This document shows, in pieces, positions 34,408 to 49,609 of a stretch of DNA of 64,000 bases (positions are counted from its first letter, which is position 1; each line of letters opens with the position of its first letter). A program made the position numbers and the translations under genes. Below the pieces are notes generated by a model that worked only from the letters and a program-made list of their open reading frames with translations, had not been told where the DNA came from and ran no database searches. Source of the stretch: Pseudomonadota bacterium (GTDB taxonomy: Bacteria > Pseudomonadota > Gammaproteobacteria > Enterobacterales > Alteromonadaceae); NCBI GenBank assembly GCA_051746345.1, contig JBNJEZ010000009.1:4451-68450 (forward strand). The letters run 5' to 3'.

Positions 34408-34500
34408 TAAGTCCCCTATAACCAAGCGGCATCAAAGGGTATAATCTAGGCATATTTTCTAGTCAGTGGTCAACTGTCATCACGTTTTAAGAGATTTCTT

Positions 34501-35415
34501 ATGTCCAAATACGATGTGAAAACCTTTCAGGGATTGATTCTTGCGCTGCAAGACTACTGGGCTCAACAAGGCTGCGCTATAGTTCAGCCACTTGATATGG
34601 AAGTTGGCGCCGGGACCTTTCACCCCATGACCTTCTTGCGTTCGATTGGCCCTGAACCATCCAGTTATGCCTATGTTCAGCCCTGCCGCAGGCCGACCGA
34701 CGGTCGTTACGGGGAGAACCCCAACCGGCTGCAACATTATTATCAGTTTCAGGTCATTATGAAGCCGTCCCCGAAAGAGATTCAACAGCTGTACCTTGGG
34801 TCGTTAGAACTGCTCGGCTTTGATACCTTGACCCACGACATCCGCTTTGTCGAAGATAACTGGGAATCCCCGACTCTTGGGGCCTGGGGCTTGGGTTGGG
34901 AAGTCTGGCTAAATGGCATGGAAGTAACTCAGTTTACCTATTTCCAGCAGGTTGGTGGACTTGAATGTAAGCCTGTAGCGGGCGAGATCACCTATGGCCT
35001 TGAACGTTTAGCGATGTACATTCAAGGCGTAGATAGTATTTACGATCTGGTCTGGACTGACGGCCCTCGTGGTAAGATTTTCTACCGAGATGTGTTTCAC
35101 CAAAATGAAGTCGAGCAGTCGACTTATAATTTTGAGTATGCCGATGTAGATGTTCTATTCCAACGATTCGAACACTGCGAACGCGAGTGCCAGCTGTTAA
35201 TTGATAAGTCATTAGCCCTTCCGGCGTACGAGCAGGTGATGCGCGCATCCCATGCGTTTAACTTACTCGATGCCAGGCATGCCATTTCCGTTACCGAAAG
35301 ACAACGTTATATTTTGCGCGTTCGCACGATGGCAAAAGCTTGTGCGGAAGTCTATTACCAATCTCGCGAAGCGCTTGGTTTTCCACTTTGCCAGTCCCAG
35401 TCTGAAGGAGCATAA
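34501..35415 (+). CDS. glyQ: Glycine-tRNA ligase alpha subunit
   Basis: [30 protein letters not shown]. Confidence 0.99.
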   Translation: MSKYDVKTFQGLILALQDYWAQQGCAIVQPLDMEVGAGTFHPMTFLRSIGPEPSSYAYVQPCRRPTDGRYGENPNRLQHYYQFQVIMKPSPKEIQQLYLGSLELLGFDTLTHDIRFVEDNWESPTLGAWGLGWEVWLNGMEVTQFTYFQQVGGLECKPVAGEITYGLERLAMYIQGVDSIYDLVWTDGPRGKIFYRDVFHQNEVEQSTYNFEYADVDVLFQRFEHCERECQLLIDKSLALPAYEQVMRASHAFNLLDARHAISVTERQRYILRVRTMAKACAEVYYQSREALGFPLCQSQSEGA

Positions 35416-35418
35416 GCA

Positions 35419-37488
35419 ATGAATACGGATAATTTGTTGATTGAAGTTGGCACGGAGGAACTGCCGCCAAAGTCACTTAAATTACTGGGCGATAGCTTTG
35501 CTCAAGGCGTAGCCAAGGGGCTTAAGGAATCAGGACTCGCGTATTCATCGATTAAAGCACTGGCGACACCGCGCCGGCTTGCGGTAGCAGTCGAGCAGCT
35601 TGAAGCGGAACAACAAGATAAAACGGTTGAAAAACGAGGCCCCTCCGTGGATGTCGCCTTCGACGACACAGGCAAGCCAACTAAGGCGGCTGAGGGTTGG
35701 GCGCGTTCGAACGGAATAACCGTCGATCAAGCACAAAGACTTAAGACCGACAAAGGCGAATGGTTGCTTCACAAAGCAGAGGTCAAAGGCGAAAAACTAG
35801 ATGCAATTCTACCTGGCATTGTAGAGTCAGCTTTAAAGCAGCTACCAATTCCTAAGCCAATGCGCTGGGGCGATTCAGATGCTCAGTTCATACGCCCTGT
35901 CCACACATTGACCTTAATATATGGCACCAACCTCATTAAGGCCGAGATACTTGATACCCAAAGTGCTCGACACATATTAGGACATCGCTTTCATGCCCCT
36001 CAGGGATTCGAATTAGAGCACGCCGATGATTATGAGCAGCAACTGCAGAAGCACTATGTGATTGCCGACCAACAAGCCCGCATACAAACCATTACCGACG
36101 AAGTAAAAAGATTGGCGTCTGAGGTTGGCGGAACCGTTGTTCATGATCGCGAACTTATTGAGGAAGTCTCAGCATTGGTTGAATGGCCAGTAGCGTTAAC
36201 GGCGACCTTTGACGAGAGCTTTTTAGAAGTTCCCAAGGAGCCTCTCATTGGGACGATGAAGGACGATCAACGCTATTTTCCAATAGAAGACGATAACGGA
36301 TCATTGTTGCCGCAGTTCATCTTTATCTCCAATATCGAAAGTAAGGATCCTAAGCAGGTCATACAGGGCAACGAAAAGGTAATACGCCCTCGCCTTGCAG
36401 ACGCTCAATTCTTTTTCGAAGCAGACAAAAAGTTTCCACTCGCATCCCGGGTTGATAAGTTATCGTCTGTTCTTTTCCAAAAACAATTAGGCTCGATAAA
36501 AGACAAGTCTGATCGAATTTCACGGCTGTCCGGTGTTATTGCTGAAATATTACAGACTGATGCGGATTTGGCCCGTCGAGCGGGTTTTTTATCTAAGGCC
36601 GACCTTGTTACCGAAATGGTTTTGGAGTTTCCTGATACGCAAGGCACCATGGGTAAACATTATGCTCTTAATGATGGTGAACCAGCAGTTGTCGCCGATG
36701 CTATTGAGCAACACTATTGGCCACGCTTTTCAGGCGATGATCTTCCGACCTCCGATGTTGCTTGTGCGGTAGCATTAGCAGATAAATTAGATACCTTGAT
36801 AGGAATCTTTGGTATTGGTCAGGTACCGAAAGGTGACCGCGATCCATTCGCTTTACGTCGAGCTGCATTGGGGTTAATTCGTATTATTGTTGAAAAAAAC
36901 CTAAACCTCGATCTTCAGCACTTAATCAGCAAAGCCGTTGAGCAGTTTGGTGATAAGCTGACAAATAAGACGGTAGAAAGCGATGTATTCCGATTTTTGA
37001 TGGGCCGTTTCCGGCCTTGGTACCAAGATCAGGGCATCGAAGTTGATGTGATTCAGGCTGTTATAGCAAACGCACCATCGCGTCCAGCGGACTTTGACGC
37101 CCGAATTAAGGCGATAGCTGCATTTAAACAATTAGAGGCCGCAGAGAGCCTTGCTGAAGCCAATAAGCGTGTCAGCAACATACTTTCCAAAGCAGATATT
37201 GAGCTTACCGGCATGGTCAATCACGATTTACTGGTTGAGCCACAAGAGCAGACATTAGCGTCTAAAATTTCAGAGACAGAGTTAAGCTGTGAACCTGAAT
37301 TGGAAATGGGCAATTATGAGGGAGCATTAAACCGTATGGCCTCCCTTAAAGACGATATAGATGCATTTTTCGATCATGTGATGGTTAATGCAGACGACCA
37401 GAATATTAAACAAAATCGTCTTAACCTGCTTCACCAACTCCGTCAGTTGTTCTTAAGAGTCGCTGATATTTCTTTGTTAAACAAATAG
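35419..37488 (+). CDS. glyS: Glycine-tRNA ligase beta subunit
   Basis: [37 protein letters not shown]. Confidence 0.98.
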   Translation: MNTDNLLIEVGTEELPPKSLKLLGDSFAQGVAKGLKESGLAYSSIKALATPRRLAVAVEQLEAEQQDKTVEKRGPSVDVAFDDTGKPTKAAEGWARSNGITVDQAQRLKTDKGEWLLHKAEVKGEKLDAILPGIVESALKQLPIPKPMRWGDSDAQFIRPVHTLTLIYGTNLIKAEILDTQSARHILGHRFHAPQGFELEHADDYEQQLQKHYVIADQQARIQTITDEVKRLASEVGGTVVHDRELIEEVSALVEWPVALTATFDESFLEVPKEPLIGTMKDDQRYFPIEDDNGSLLPQFIFISNIESKDPKQVIQGNEKVIRPRLADAQFFFEADKKFPLASRVDKLSSVLFQKQLGSIKDKSDRISRLSGVIAEILQTDADLARRAGFLSKADLVTEMVLEFPDTQGTMGKHYALNDGEPAVVADAIEQHYWPRFSGDDLPTSDVACAVALADKLDTLIGIFGIGQVPKGDRDPFALRRAALGLIRIIVEKNLNLDLQHLISKAVEQFGDKLTNKTVESDVFRFLMGRFRPWYQDQGIEVDVIQAVIANAPSRPADFDARIKAIAAFKQLEAAESLAEANKRVSNILSKADIELTGMVNHDLLVEPQEQTLASKISETELSCEPELEMGNYEGALNRMASLKDDIDAFFDHVMVNADDQNIKQNRLNLLHQLRQLFLRVADISLLNK

Positions 37489-37503
37489 TTATCAACGGAC
37501 AAT

Positions 37504-37539
37504 AAAAAACCTCGCTGTTTTTAGCAGCGAGGTTTTTTT
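37504..37539. terminator. Bidirectional terminator between glyS and gyrB
   Basis: A6-CCTCGCTG...CAGCGAGG-T7 between convergent genes. Confidence 0.9.
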
Positions 37540-37563
37540 ATGTCCGGTTATCAGTATTCACCG

Positions 37564-41084
<3,521 letters not shown>

Positions 41085-41096
41085 ATTGGCTAAACG

Positions 41097-42200
41097 CTAC
41101 AACCTCATAGGCATGACTACATAACAACATGAATCATCATTATGAGGTTCAATTAATGCGCTACTGTTAGAGTCTGCCAAAGTAAAACTAACCTCAGAGT
41201 TATCAACGTTATTGAGTACATCTAATAGGTAGCTAACATTGAAACCTATCTCTAGGTCCTCACCTTGATAGTCGACTTCAATAACCTCTTCTGCCTGTTC
41301 TTGCTCTGGGTTAGTCGCCGTAATACAGAGCTCGCCACTCGACAAATTCAACCTAACGCCTCTAAACTTTTCATTCGATAAAATTGATGCGCGCCCAAAC
41401 GCTTGTCGTAACGTATCCTTGTCTGCGACGACCAGCTTATCGCCGCCGCTCGGAAGAACACGTCGGTAATCAGGGAATCTTCCATCAACAAGTTTACTGG
41501 TGAAAACGATGTTCTGTGTCTCAACCCGAATATGGTTATTACCAATAGCCACCGCTACTTCAAGTTCCTCATCACCCAGCAAGCGCAATAGTTCAACCAC
41601 CCCTTTTCTAGGAACTATCACCTGGCGTTGAGTCAGCCCCGGTTGTTGCACAGAGCAACTGCTCATTGCCAACCGGTGACCATCGGTTGCTACCGACCGT
41701 AACATTCCGTCGTCTGTTTCGAATAACATACCATTGAGATAATAGCGGACGTCTTGGTTAGCCATCGAAAAGTGGGTCTTCTCCATCAGTCGCTTAATTA
41801 CTACCTGATCGCTGACGAAATTAATTTCGCTAGTCCAATCGTCAATATTCGGAAAGTCTTCGGAACTCAAGGTACTCAACTTAAATTTGCTTCGACCAGA
41901 CTTAACAAACGCCTTATCTTCTTCAGCGGAAACTTCAATGCTTGCATCGTCGGGCAAACTGCGCACGATATCTAAAAGCTTTTTAGCAGGCACAGTGACT
42001 GACCCATCGCCTCCGGATGACTCAACATTAACTGAGGAAATTAACTCAACCTCAAGATCCGTACCGGTCAACTTTAATTCGTTACCTTCAACCTGAAGTA
42101 ACAAGTTCGAAAGAATCGGCAGTGTGTGGCGACGTTCCACCGCACCACTAACTATCTGTAAAGGCTTAAGAAATGCGTCTCGGCTAACTATAAATTTCAT
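41097..42200 (-). CDS. dnaN: DNA polymerase III beta clamp
   Basis: LPILSN, TDLEVE, QDVRYYLNG, ATDGHRL, VVMPMRL. Confidence 0.99.
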   Translation of the reverse strand: MKFIVSRDAFLKPLQIVSGAVERRHTLPILSNLLLQVEGNELKLTGTDLEVELISSVNVESSGGDGSVTVPAKKLLDIVRSLPDDASIEVSAEEDKAFVKSGRSKFKLSTLSSEDFPNIDDWTSEINFVSDQVVIKRLMEKTHFSMANQDVRYYLNGMLFETDDGMLRSVATDGHRLAMSSCSVQQPGLTQRQVIVPRKGVVELLRLLGDEELEVAVAIGNNHIRVETQNIVFTSKLVDGRFPDYRRVLPSGGDKLVVADKDTLRQAFGRASILSNEKFRGVRLNLSSGELCITATNPEQEQAEEVIEVDYQGEDLEIGFNVSYLLDVLNNVDNSEVSFTLADSNSSALIEPHNDDSCCYVVMPMRL

Positions 42201-42230
42201 CTAGATATCCCCTGGTTCTACCCGATCGCA

Positions 42231-43607
42231 CTACGACGATAACGTACGAATTAGGTTGCGATAGTCTTCTTTAATATCGTGTTGTTCTTCTTTTAATTTT
42301 TGAATCTGACGACAAGCATGTAAAACCGTCGTGTGGTCTCGTCCACCAAACGCATCGCCAATCTCTGGTAGGCTATGGTTGGTTAATTCCTTAGCCAGTG
42401 CCATCGCTAATTGTCTAGGACGGGCCACCGACCGACTACGACGTTTCGACAGTATATCTGCTAGCTTTATGTTGTAATACTCAGCAACTGTTTTTTGAAT
42501 ATTATCGATAGTTACTAGCTTCTCTTGCGCTGCAATCAAGTCACGCAAGGCTTCCCTTACAAAATCAATAGTTATCGAACGACCGGTTAATGAAACGTTT
42601 GCCACAACGCGATTTAACGCCCCTTCTAACTCTCGAACGTTCGAACGCAATCTCTTTGCTATAAAGAAAGCGACTTCGTGAGGCATGTGCAAACCACGCT
42701 CTTCAGCCTTACGAATTAATATCGCTACGCGAGTCTCAAGCTCAGGAGGCTCAATTGCAATGGTCAACCCCCAACCAAATCGAGATTTTAAACGATCTTC
42801 TACGCCATCAATCTCTTTAGGATAAAGATCGCTGGTCATAATAATTTGTTGGTTTCCTTCAAGCAGAGCGTTAAAGGTATGGAAAAACTCTTCTTGTGAG
42901 CCTTTTTTATTGGCAAAGAAATGAATATCGTCAATCAACAAAGCATCGACCGAGCGGTAGTATCGCTTAAACTCATCCGTCGAGCTGTTCCGAATAGAAT
43001 TTACCATATCCTGAACAAAGCGCTCCGCCCGGATGTAAAACACCTTCGCGTCTTTTTTATGAGCAATTATACCGTTACCTACAGCATGCAGCAGGTGGGT
43101 TTTACCTAAGCCGGTACCGCCGTACATAAACAACGGGTTATACACGCCACCGGGATTCTCAGCAACTTGAATAGCTGCCGCTCTGGCTAACTGGTTTGAT
43201 TTACCCTCAACAAAGTTATCAAAGGTATATTCAGGGTGAATATTACTTTCGAACGCTTCTACTTCACTGGCTGAAGCAGATCGACCAAATGTGGGACCAG
43301 TTCGTCTAGTGGGTTTCTCTGATCGCTTGGAAGTTGCGCTTGAATTCGACTGCGGAGACTGTCTTACATTACCAACCTTTAAAACGACTTTCGGCGGTTT
43401 GTTATCAGTCAGAGCTGTTAATAGTGAATTAATTGACTTGAGATACTTATCCCTGACCCAGTCAACTGAATAAATATTCGGTGCATATAAGGTCAGTGTG
43501 TCGCCAGATTGATCCGCCTGAATCGGACGAATCCATGTGTTGAACTGTTGCAAAGGTAGGTCTGATTGCAATCGTTCAGCACACTGCTGCCAAAGCGAAT
43601 TATTCAC
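42231..43607 (-). CDS. dnaA: Chromosomal replication initiator DnaA
   Basis: [37 protein letters not shown]. Confidence 0.99.
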   Translation of the reverse strand: MNNSLWQQCAERLQSDLPLQQFNTWIRPIQADQSGDTLTLYAPNIYSVDWVRDKYLKSINSLLTALTDNKPPKVVLKVGNVRQSPQSNSSATSKRSEKPTRRTGPTFGRSASASEVEAFESNIHPEYTFDNFVEGKSNQLARAAAIQVAENPGGVYNPLFMYGGTGLGKTHLLHAVGNGIIAHKKDAKVFYIRAERFVQDMVNSIRNSSTDEFKRYYRSVDALLIDDIHFFANKKGSQEEFFHTFNALLEGNQQIIMTSDLYPKEIDGVEDRLKSRFGWGLTIAIEPPELETRVAILIRKAEERGLHMPHEVAFFIAKRLRSNVRELEGALNRVVANVSLTGRSITIDFVREALRDLIAAQEKLVTIDNIQKTVAEYYNIKLADILSKRRSRSVARPRQLAMALAKELTNHSLPEIGDAFGGRDHTTVLHACRQIQKLKEEQHDIKEDYRNLIRTLSS

Positions 43608-43728
43608 ACTAACATCTCCACTCTCTTTATAATTATTTATGCGATTAATTGTACGTCAGAGCTTTAAGGATCGCTACCTTTAAACGATTAAATCAGCACA
43701 TATTTATAATTCAAACAATGGCCATAAA

Positions 43729-43789
43729 TGTGGGTAACCATACTCATTATCCACATAAGTAAGTTTTATATCGACAATTTTGTGGATGA
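43729..43789. promoter_or_regulatory. DnaA boxes in the dnaA-rpmH intergenic region
   Basis: TGTGGGTAA 43729, TTATCCACA 43747, TGTGGATGA 43781. Confidence 0.8.
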
Positions 43790-43899
43790 AATATTTCAAT
43801 TTTTAAGCGCTTTCTAGCACTATTAATGTTGACTACATCATTAAAGATCGGTAAGATCCGCGCTCTAAAATTTAAGCTCTGACCGATGGAATAAATGTT

Positions 43900-44034
43900 A
43901 TGAAAAGAACTTTTCAACCCAGCGTATTAAAGCGCAAGCGTTCTCACGGTTTCCGTGCTCGCATGGCAACTAAAAATGGCCGTAAGGTTATCGCACGTCG
44001 TCGTGCTCGTGGCCGCAAAGTATTAAGTGCATAA
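43900..44034 (+). CDS. rpmH: 50S ribosomal protein L34
   Basis: Hand translation [44 protein letters not shown] (44 aa, below ORF track cutoff). Confidence 0.99.
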   Translation: MKRTFQPSVLKRKRSHGFRARMATKNGRKVIARRRARGRKVLSA

Positions 44035-44065
44035 GGTAACGGTAGCGGTCACTTAGTGGCTCACT

Positions 44066-44437
44066 ATGCCTGATTATGCCTATGTAAGGGAGTTGCGACT
44101 GCTAACTCCCTCTCACTTCCAAACCGTTTTCTCCAATCCTCCGGTTAAAGCTGTAACAGCTCACGTAACCATGTTGGCTGTACCCAATCTCCTTGATAAT
44201 CCAAGAATCGGCGTTACTGTCAGCAAAAAGCGAGCTAAAACAGCGGTCCAGCGTAACCGCATAAAGCGACAAGTTCGAGAAACATTTCGCTTACGACAGC
44301 ACAAAATTCCAAATTTCGATATTGTTGTCATCGCGAAACAAGGTATTGTTGAACTTAACAACGATGAACTTAGAAACACATTGAATTATTTATGGCGAAA
44401 ATTGGCAAAGCGTTGCGAACAATACCAATCGCGCTGA
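44066..44437 (+). CDS. rnpA: Ribonuclease P protein component
   Basis: [26 protein letters not shown]. Confidence 0.97.
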   Translation: MPDYAYVRELRLLTPSHFQTVFSNPPVKAVTAHVTMLAVPNLLDNPRIGVTVSKKRAKTAVQRNRIKRQVRETFRLRQHKIPNFDIVVIAKQGIVELNNDELRNTLNYLWRKLAKRCEQYQSR

Positions 44438-44667
44438 TAAAAATATACCAATGGACAATATCTCCGATATTAGGTCCTCGTTGTCGATTTTATCCAACTT
44501 GTTCGCAATATGCCTGTGAGGCAATTGAGAAACACGGTACAATCAGGGGAATTGGTTTAGCCAGCAAACGCTTAGCCAAATGTCATCCAGGCAGTGAAGG
44601 TGGCTTTGACCCTGTACCAGAGAAGAACTCGGGACAGGCTAAATCGAATCATTCACACGAACATTAG
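44392..44667 (+). CDS. yidD: Membrane protein insertion efficiency factor
   Basis: [29 protein letters not shown]. Confidence 0.95.
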   Translation: MAKIGKALRTIPIALIKIYQWTISPILGPRCRFYPTCSQYACEAIEKHGTIRGIGLASKRLAKCHPGSEGGFDPVPEKNSGQAKSNHSHEH

Positions 44668-44688
44668 CAACTTAGAGACGAAATCACT

Positions 44689-46359
44689 ATGAATTCGCCA
44701 CGATCGATACTTTTTATTGCTTTTTTAGTGGTGTCCTTTTTCCTATTCCAAACTTGGATGGTCGATACAGCGCCAGGGACTCAGGCATCAAGCGAAACCA
44801 ATTCGTCAAATTCTGAAACTGAAGCTAACAATAGCAACAATACAGTTCCAGAAGCTCAGGGCCCTGTCAGCTCTGATTCATCGGTACCAGACGGTGACCG
44901 TCCCGTTGCCAATACAAACTCCGGGCAGTTAGTTGAAGTTAAAACTGACGTGCTGGATATTGTTATTGATGCTAATGGTGGTGATATTGTCTCAGCTAAA
45001 TTACTTAAGTTTGCTGAGTCTTTGGATTCCGAAGAACGATTCCAGTTATTACAACGAGAGACTGGCAACCTTTATATCGCTCAGTCAGGTCTAATCGGTC
45101 CTAACGGCATCGACTCAAGTGGCGGGCGCGCTAATTTCTCGGTAGAAAAAAACAACTACACCCTAAACGGTAACACGCTGGAAGTGCCATTAACTTACAC
45201 CAGCGAAGATGGTAGTCAGGTTACAAAAATCTTTAGTTTCGAACAGGGTAAATACCACGTCGATGTTCGTTACGAGATAAGTAACCAAGGTCAGCAAGCC
45301 AAACAGATGCAGTTTTATGGACAGTTACAGCAGACCATGAGTGCCGGCGAAGGTGGCAGCATGATTATGCCTACCTACTTCGGTGCGGCTTACTCTCATG
45401 ATAATGACAAGTTTGAAAAGTATGACTTAGATGACATGCAAGACCAGCGTCTGAATATATCCACTCAGACCGGTTGGATAAGCATGCTAGAGCACTACTT
45501 TGTGTCTGCCTGGATTCCTACTCAACAACAAGATAACCGTTTGTTCTCTCGAGTTGCGGGTAATTCCCAAGCTATTATTGGTGTCATTTACCCAATCGTG
45601 CAAGTCGATTCAGGCCAAACAGAGACTATCGAGTCAACTTTGTATCTAGGTCCTAAGGATCAGGATTCAATGGCCGCGCTGGTCGAAAACCTAGACTTAA
45701 CGGTCGACTACGGCTTCTTATGGTGGTTGGCACAACCCATATTTAAGTTACTGCAGTTCTTGCAAAGCATCGTCCTGAACTGGGGTCTTGCCATTATCCT
45801 GACAACTGTCGTGGTCAAAGCAGTGTTATTCCCACTGACTAAAGCACAGTACGTGTCTATGGCGAAAATGCGTATGCTGCAGCCTAAAATGACTGCTCTA
45901 CGTGAACGTTATGGTTCAGACCGCCAAAAAATGTCTCAAGCCATGATGAAGCTCTATAAAGAAGAAAAGGTGAACCCTCTAGGGGGCTGTTTACCTATGT
46001 TGTTGCAGCTACCGATCTTCTTGGCCCTATATTGGGTACTGCTGGAAAGTGTCGAGTTACGCCACTCACAGTTTGTTTTCTGGATTCAGGATCTTTCAAC
46101 CAAAGACCCTTACTATATTCTGCCAATTCTTATGGGCGCGAGCATGTTCTTGATGCAGCGGTTGCAGCCAACACCGACTGCCGACCCAATGCAGCAGAAA
46201 CTGTTCCAGTACATGCCGGTTATCTTTACCGTATTTTTCCTATGGTTCCCATCCGGTCTGGTACTTTACTGGCTAGTCAGTAACTTAATCACCATCGCTC
46301 AGATGCTGATTATTTATAAAGGCCTTGAGAAAAAGGGCATAAACGTCCGAGGAAAATAG
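44689..46359 (+). CDS. yidC: Membrane protein insertase YidC
   Basis: DYGFLW, NPLGGCLP, DPYYILP, PSGLVLYW. Confidence 0.98.
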   Translation: MNSPRSILFIAFLVVSFFLFQTWMVDTAPGTQASSETNSSNSETEANNSNNTVPEAQGPVSSDSSVPDGDRPVANTNSGQLVEVKTDVLDIVIDANGGDIVSAKLLKFAESLDSEERFQLLQRETGNLYIAQSGLIGPNGIDSSGGRANFSVEKNNYTLNGNTLEVPLTYTSEDGSQVTKIFSFEQGKYHVDVRYEISNQGQQAKQMQFYGQLQQTMSAGEGGSMIMPTYFGAAYSHDNDKFEKYDLDDMQDQRLNISTQTGWISMLEHYFVSAWIPTQQQDNRLFSRVAGNSQAIIGVIYPIVQVDSGQTETIESTLYLGPKDQDSMAALVENLDLTVDYGFLWWLAQPIFKLLQFLQSIVLNWGLAIILTTVVVKAVLFPLTKAQYVSMAKMRMLQPKMTALRERYGSDRQKMSQAMMKLYKEEKVNPLGGCLPMLLQLPIFLALYWVLLESVELRHSQFVFWIQDLSTKDPYYILPILMGASMFLMQRLQPTPTADPMQQKLFQYMPVIFTVFFLWFPSGLVLYWLVSNLITIAQMLIIYKGLEKKGINVRGK

Positions 46360-46367
46360 AAACAAAC

Positions 46368-46394
46368 AAGCCCGGCTATCAGTCGGGCTTTTTT
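46368..46394 (+). terminator. Terminator after yidC
   Basis: AAGCCCGGCT-ATC-AGTCGGGCTTTTTT. Confidence 0.85.
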
Positions 46395-46408
46395 AGAGGA
46401 GTTATAAA

Positions 46409-47071
46409 ATGAGTAAAAAGGATTTTATTTATTTAATAATTATCGTTGGCCTTTGCAGCTATATTATTATTGATCGCTATAGCAATCCTCTGCCGACGCA
46501 AGCGCTTCCAAAAGAAACTGTTACCACCACAGCCGAGACCGACATTGACGTTAGAAAAGAAAGGCTGGAAACTAAACCTCAACTAGAAAGAAAAAACGAC
46601 CCGGCGAGAGCTGTTACTAGAGAAGAAACGACTACTCCGGAATTGGCAACTGTCGGAACAAACGACTCAAGAACTCGTCCCGAGACAGTAGACGAATCAA
46701 ACAATGAAACACCGGATGTATACGACGAGATAAGAATCAGAAGCTCTGCGGAATATATTGCGCAGCGCGCAAAACAATTTGAAAAGGCTGCTCCTGATGC
46801 ATGGGGAGATGATATGAAATACGCCCTTGAAACGCGTTTTTATAACAACATTAGCCAGCCAAACATCAAGCAGTTTGAGGCTCAATGTAAGGCGCAGATG
46901 TGTAATGTTAATTTAGATATAGAAGAAGGCTCTAAGCCACAGTTATACCTCATATCGTCTAAACTTTTCCCCCCAGGGTCAGCAGCAGAACACGTAAGAT
47001 CGACGATTTCGGGAAATACCGTCACCATACAAGCTGACTTTAAAGACTTAGTGGATACCGATGCAAACTGA
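46409..47071 (+). CDS. Hypothetical membrane-anchored protein
   Basis: Strong GAGGAG RBS, N-terminal TM, Thr/Glu-rich linker, C-terminal domain with CxxxxC; overlaps mnmE start. Confidence 0.75.
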   Translation: MSKKDFIYLIIIVGLCSYIIIDRYSNPLPTQALPKETVTTTAETDIDVRKERLETKPQLERKNDPARAVTREETTTPELATVGTNDSRTRPETVDESNNETPDVYDEIRIRSSAEYIAQRAKQFEKAAPDAWGDDMKYALETRFYNNISQPNIKQFEAQCKAQMCNVNLDIEEGSKPQLYLISSKLFPPGSAAEHVRSTISGNTVTIQADFKDLVDTDAN

Positions 47072-48437
47072 ATCCGATTTTACCGATACCATAGTCGCAC
47101 AAGCTACACCTCCGGGTAGAGGCGGTGTTGGCATCGTGCGTGTGAGTGGAAAAGCCAGCGAAGCAGTTGCCAAAAAGCTTCTCGGTCACTGCCCCAAACC
47201 ACGAAAAGCAGAGTACCTTCCCTTTAGAGATTTAAATGGCGAAATGCTGGACGAGGGGATTGCTCTTTATTTTCCCGGTCCTAATTCCTTTACAGGCGAA
47301 GACGTTCTTGAATTACAGGGTCATGGCGGACCCATACTGATTGATATGATCATCAAGGCTATCCTTGAGATTCCAGGTATCCGCCCCGCTCGTCCTGGCG
47401 AATTCAGCGAGCGAGCATTTCTCAATGATAAGCTTGATTTGACCCAAGCCGAAGCGATTGCAGATCTCATCGACACAAACTCGGCGCAAGCGGCGAAAGC
47501 CGCATTACAAAGTCTTAAGGGTGAGTTTTCACATAAAATTGACCAATTGGTCGACGCTGTCATTCATTTAAGAATGTACGTCGAAGCAGCTATCGATTTT
47601 CCGGATGAAGAAATTGATTTTTTATCCGATGGTAAAGTTACCGGAGATTTAACAGAAATTATCGAGCAGTTGTTCCACATAGAACAACAAGCCAAGCAAG
47701 GCACATTAATGCGCGAAGGTATGCGTATCGTTATTGCTGGCCGCCCAAACGCAGGTAAATCTAGTTTGCTTAATGCTCTAGCCGGACGTGAATCAGCAAT
47801 CGTAACAGAGATTGCGGGAACAACTCGTGACGTATTGCGAGAGCATATTCAAATAGATGGCATGCCTCTGCATATTATTGATACTGCTGGACTAAGGGAT
47901 TCACCTGACCAAGTCGAAAAAATTGGTATCGAGCGAGCCTGGGATGAAATCCGCCAGGCCGACCGAGTGTTGTTTATGGTTGATAGCCAAGAGACAAGTG
48001 CCATACACCCTGACGACATTTGGCCCGAGTTTTTTGCCCAGCTACCTGATGATATGCCTTACACCGTTGTTCGCAATAAAGTTGATTTAACCCAAGAATC
48101 AATAGGTCTGGAAGAGCACAATGGCATCCCGTTACTGCAACTCTCTGCCAAGACAGGACATGGTATCGACTTACTCCGGGACCATTTAAAGCATTGCATT
48201 GGCTACACAGCCACCTCGGAAGGCAGCTTTATGGCGCGCCGTCGGCACCTTGACGCGCTGGAAAAAGCAAAAGCCCATTTGTTGATAGGACAAGAGCAAC
48301 TTGAGCTAAGCCTCGCCGGCGAACTGCTCGCTGAAGAACTGCGGCTTGCGCAACAACACTTAAACGAAATAACCGGTGAATTTACCTCGGACGATCTTCT
48401 TGGCCAAATATTTGGCTCATTTTGTATTGGTAAATAA
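47061..48437 (+). CDS. mnmE: tRNA modification GTPase MnmE
   Basis: [32 protein letters not shown]. Confidence 0.99.
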   Translation: MQTESDFTDTIVAQATPPGRGGVGIVRVSGKASEAVAKKLLGHCPKPRKAEYLPFRDLNGEMLDEGIALYFPGPNSFTGEDVLELQGHGGPILIDMIIKAILEIPGIRPARPGEFSERAFLNDKLDLTQAEAIADLIDTNSAQAAKAALQSLKGEFSHKIDQLVDAVIHLRMYVEAAIDFPDEEIDFLSDGKVTGDLTEIIEQLFHIEQQAKQGTLMREGMRIVIAGRPNAGKSSLLNALAGRESAIVTEIAGTTRDVLREHIQIDGMPLHIIDTAGLRDSPDQVEKIGIERAWDEIRQADRVLFMVDSQETSAIHPDDIWPEFFAQLPDDMPYTVVRNKVDLTQESIGLEEHNGIPLLQLSAKTGHGIDLLRDHLKHCIGYTATSEGSFMARRRHLDALEKAKAHLLIGQEQLELSLAGELLAEELRLAQQHLNEITGEFTSDDLLGQIFGSFCIGK

Positions 48438-48463
48438 TTTTCTAACTTAAAACGAGAACAATA

Positions 48464-49609
48464 ATGACACTTATTCTAAAACTAATTGCCGGTATTGCCG
48501 GCGGTATCGTTATAGGTCTGTTTGCTCCAGATTGGATTAGCCAACTGCTAATTACCTTTAAAAGCCTTTTTGGCCAGCTGCTGTTTTTTACCATACCACT
48601 ATTAATCCTGTTCTTTATAACCAGCGGTATTGCGAGCCTTCCCAGTAATTCCGGCAAATTACTGGGCAAAACTCTTGGCGTCGCTTATTTGTCGACAATA
48701 ACTGCCGGTATCATCGCCTTTATTGTCGCCAGTGCAGTTGTTCCTATGTTGAGTGCAGACGCTCAAACGGTCTCAGAGCAAGCAACTAAGACACTCGAAC
48801 CTTTTATTAGCCTGGATGTTCCGCCGCTAATGAGCGTCATGTCAGCGCTTGTAATGGCCTTTATATTTGGTCTTGGTATTGCCGCCACAAAAGCAAACCA
48901 ATTAAAGCAGTTATCCGATCAAGGGCGAGATATCATAGAGCTGTTACTAGTTAAGGTAATAATTCCCTTATTGCCATTTTACATCGCAGGTGTTTTTACC
49001 GAGATGGCGGTAGCAGATACAGTTTTCGATACCTTGAAGACTTTCGGCATCATCTTGTTATTAGCAGTAGCTTTACACTGGGTGTACATCACCAGCATGT
49101 TCATTATCGCGGGTATTAAAAGCCAGCAATCACCACTAAAGCTGATTAAAAATATGTTGCCAGCTTATTTTACCGCCTTAGGCACAATGTCCAGTGCTGC
49201 AACAATTCCGGTAACGCTGCAAAGTGTTCGCAATAATAATGTTAATGATAACGTGGCTAACTTCTCAGTGCCTTTATGCGCGACCGTTCATTTAGCCGGC
49301 TCAACCATTACTATCGTGAGCTGTGCTGTTGCCGTTATGGTACTGCATAGTGCATTGGCTATTCCTTCATTCTTGACGGTACTGCCGTTTATTATGATGC
49401 TCGGCATCGTTATGCTTGCTGCCCCTGGCGTGCCCGGCGGGGCTGTTATGTCAGCCGTTGGACTGCTTGGTTCAATGCTTGGCTTTGGTGAAACCGCAAT
49501 CGCCTTAATGATTGCTTTATACATGGCTCAAGATAGCTTTGGCACGGCTTGCAATATAACCGGTGATGGTGCAATTGCAGTGTTAATAGATGACTCCGTT
49601 AAACGCTAA
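48464..49609 (+). CDS. Dicarboxylate/amino acid:cation symporter (DAACS)
   Basis: GTMSSAATIP, APGVPGG, DSFGTACNITGD. Confidence 0.9.
   Translation: MTLILKLIAGIAGGIVIGLFAPDWISQLLITFKSLFGQLLFFTIPLLILFFITSGIASLPSNSGKLLGKTLGVAYLSTITAGIIAFIVASAVVPMLSADAQTVSEQATKTLEPFISLDVPPLMSVMSALVMAFIFGLGIAATKANQLKQLSDQGRDIIELLLVKVIIPLLPFYIAGVFTEMAVADTVFDTLKTFGIILLLAVALHWVYITSMFIIAGIKSQQSPLKLIKNMLPAYFTALGTMSSAATIPVTLQSVRNNNVNDNVANFSVPLCATVHLAGSTITIVSCAVAVMVLHSALAIPSFLTVLPFIMMLGIVMLAAPGVPGGAVMSAVGLLGSMLGFGETAIALMIALYMAQDSFGTACNITGDGAIAVLIDDSVKR

Noticed and set aside
42205-42220. dnaN RBS (CCAGGGG) as a target of the sigma-E sRNA seed
   Set aside because: Only about 7 bp of pairing, expected by chance for any anti-SD seed.
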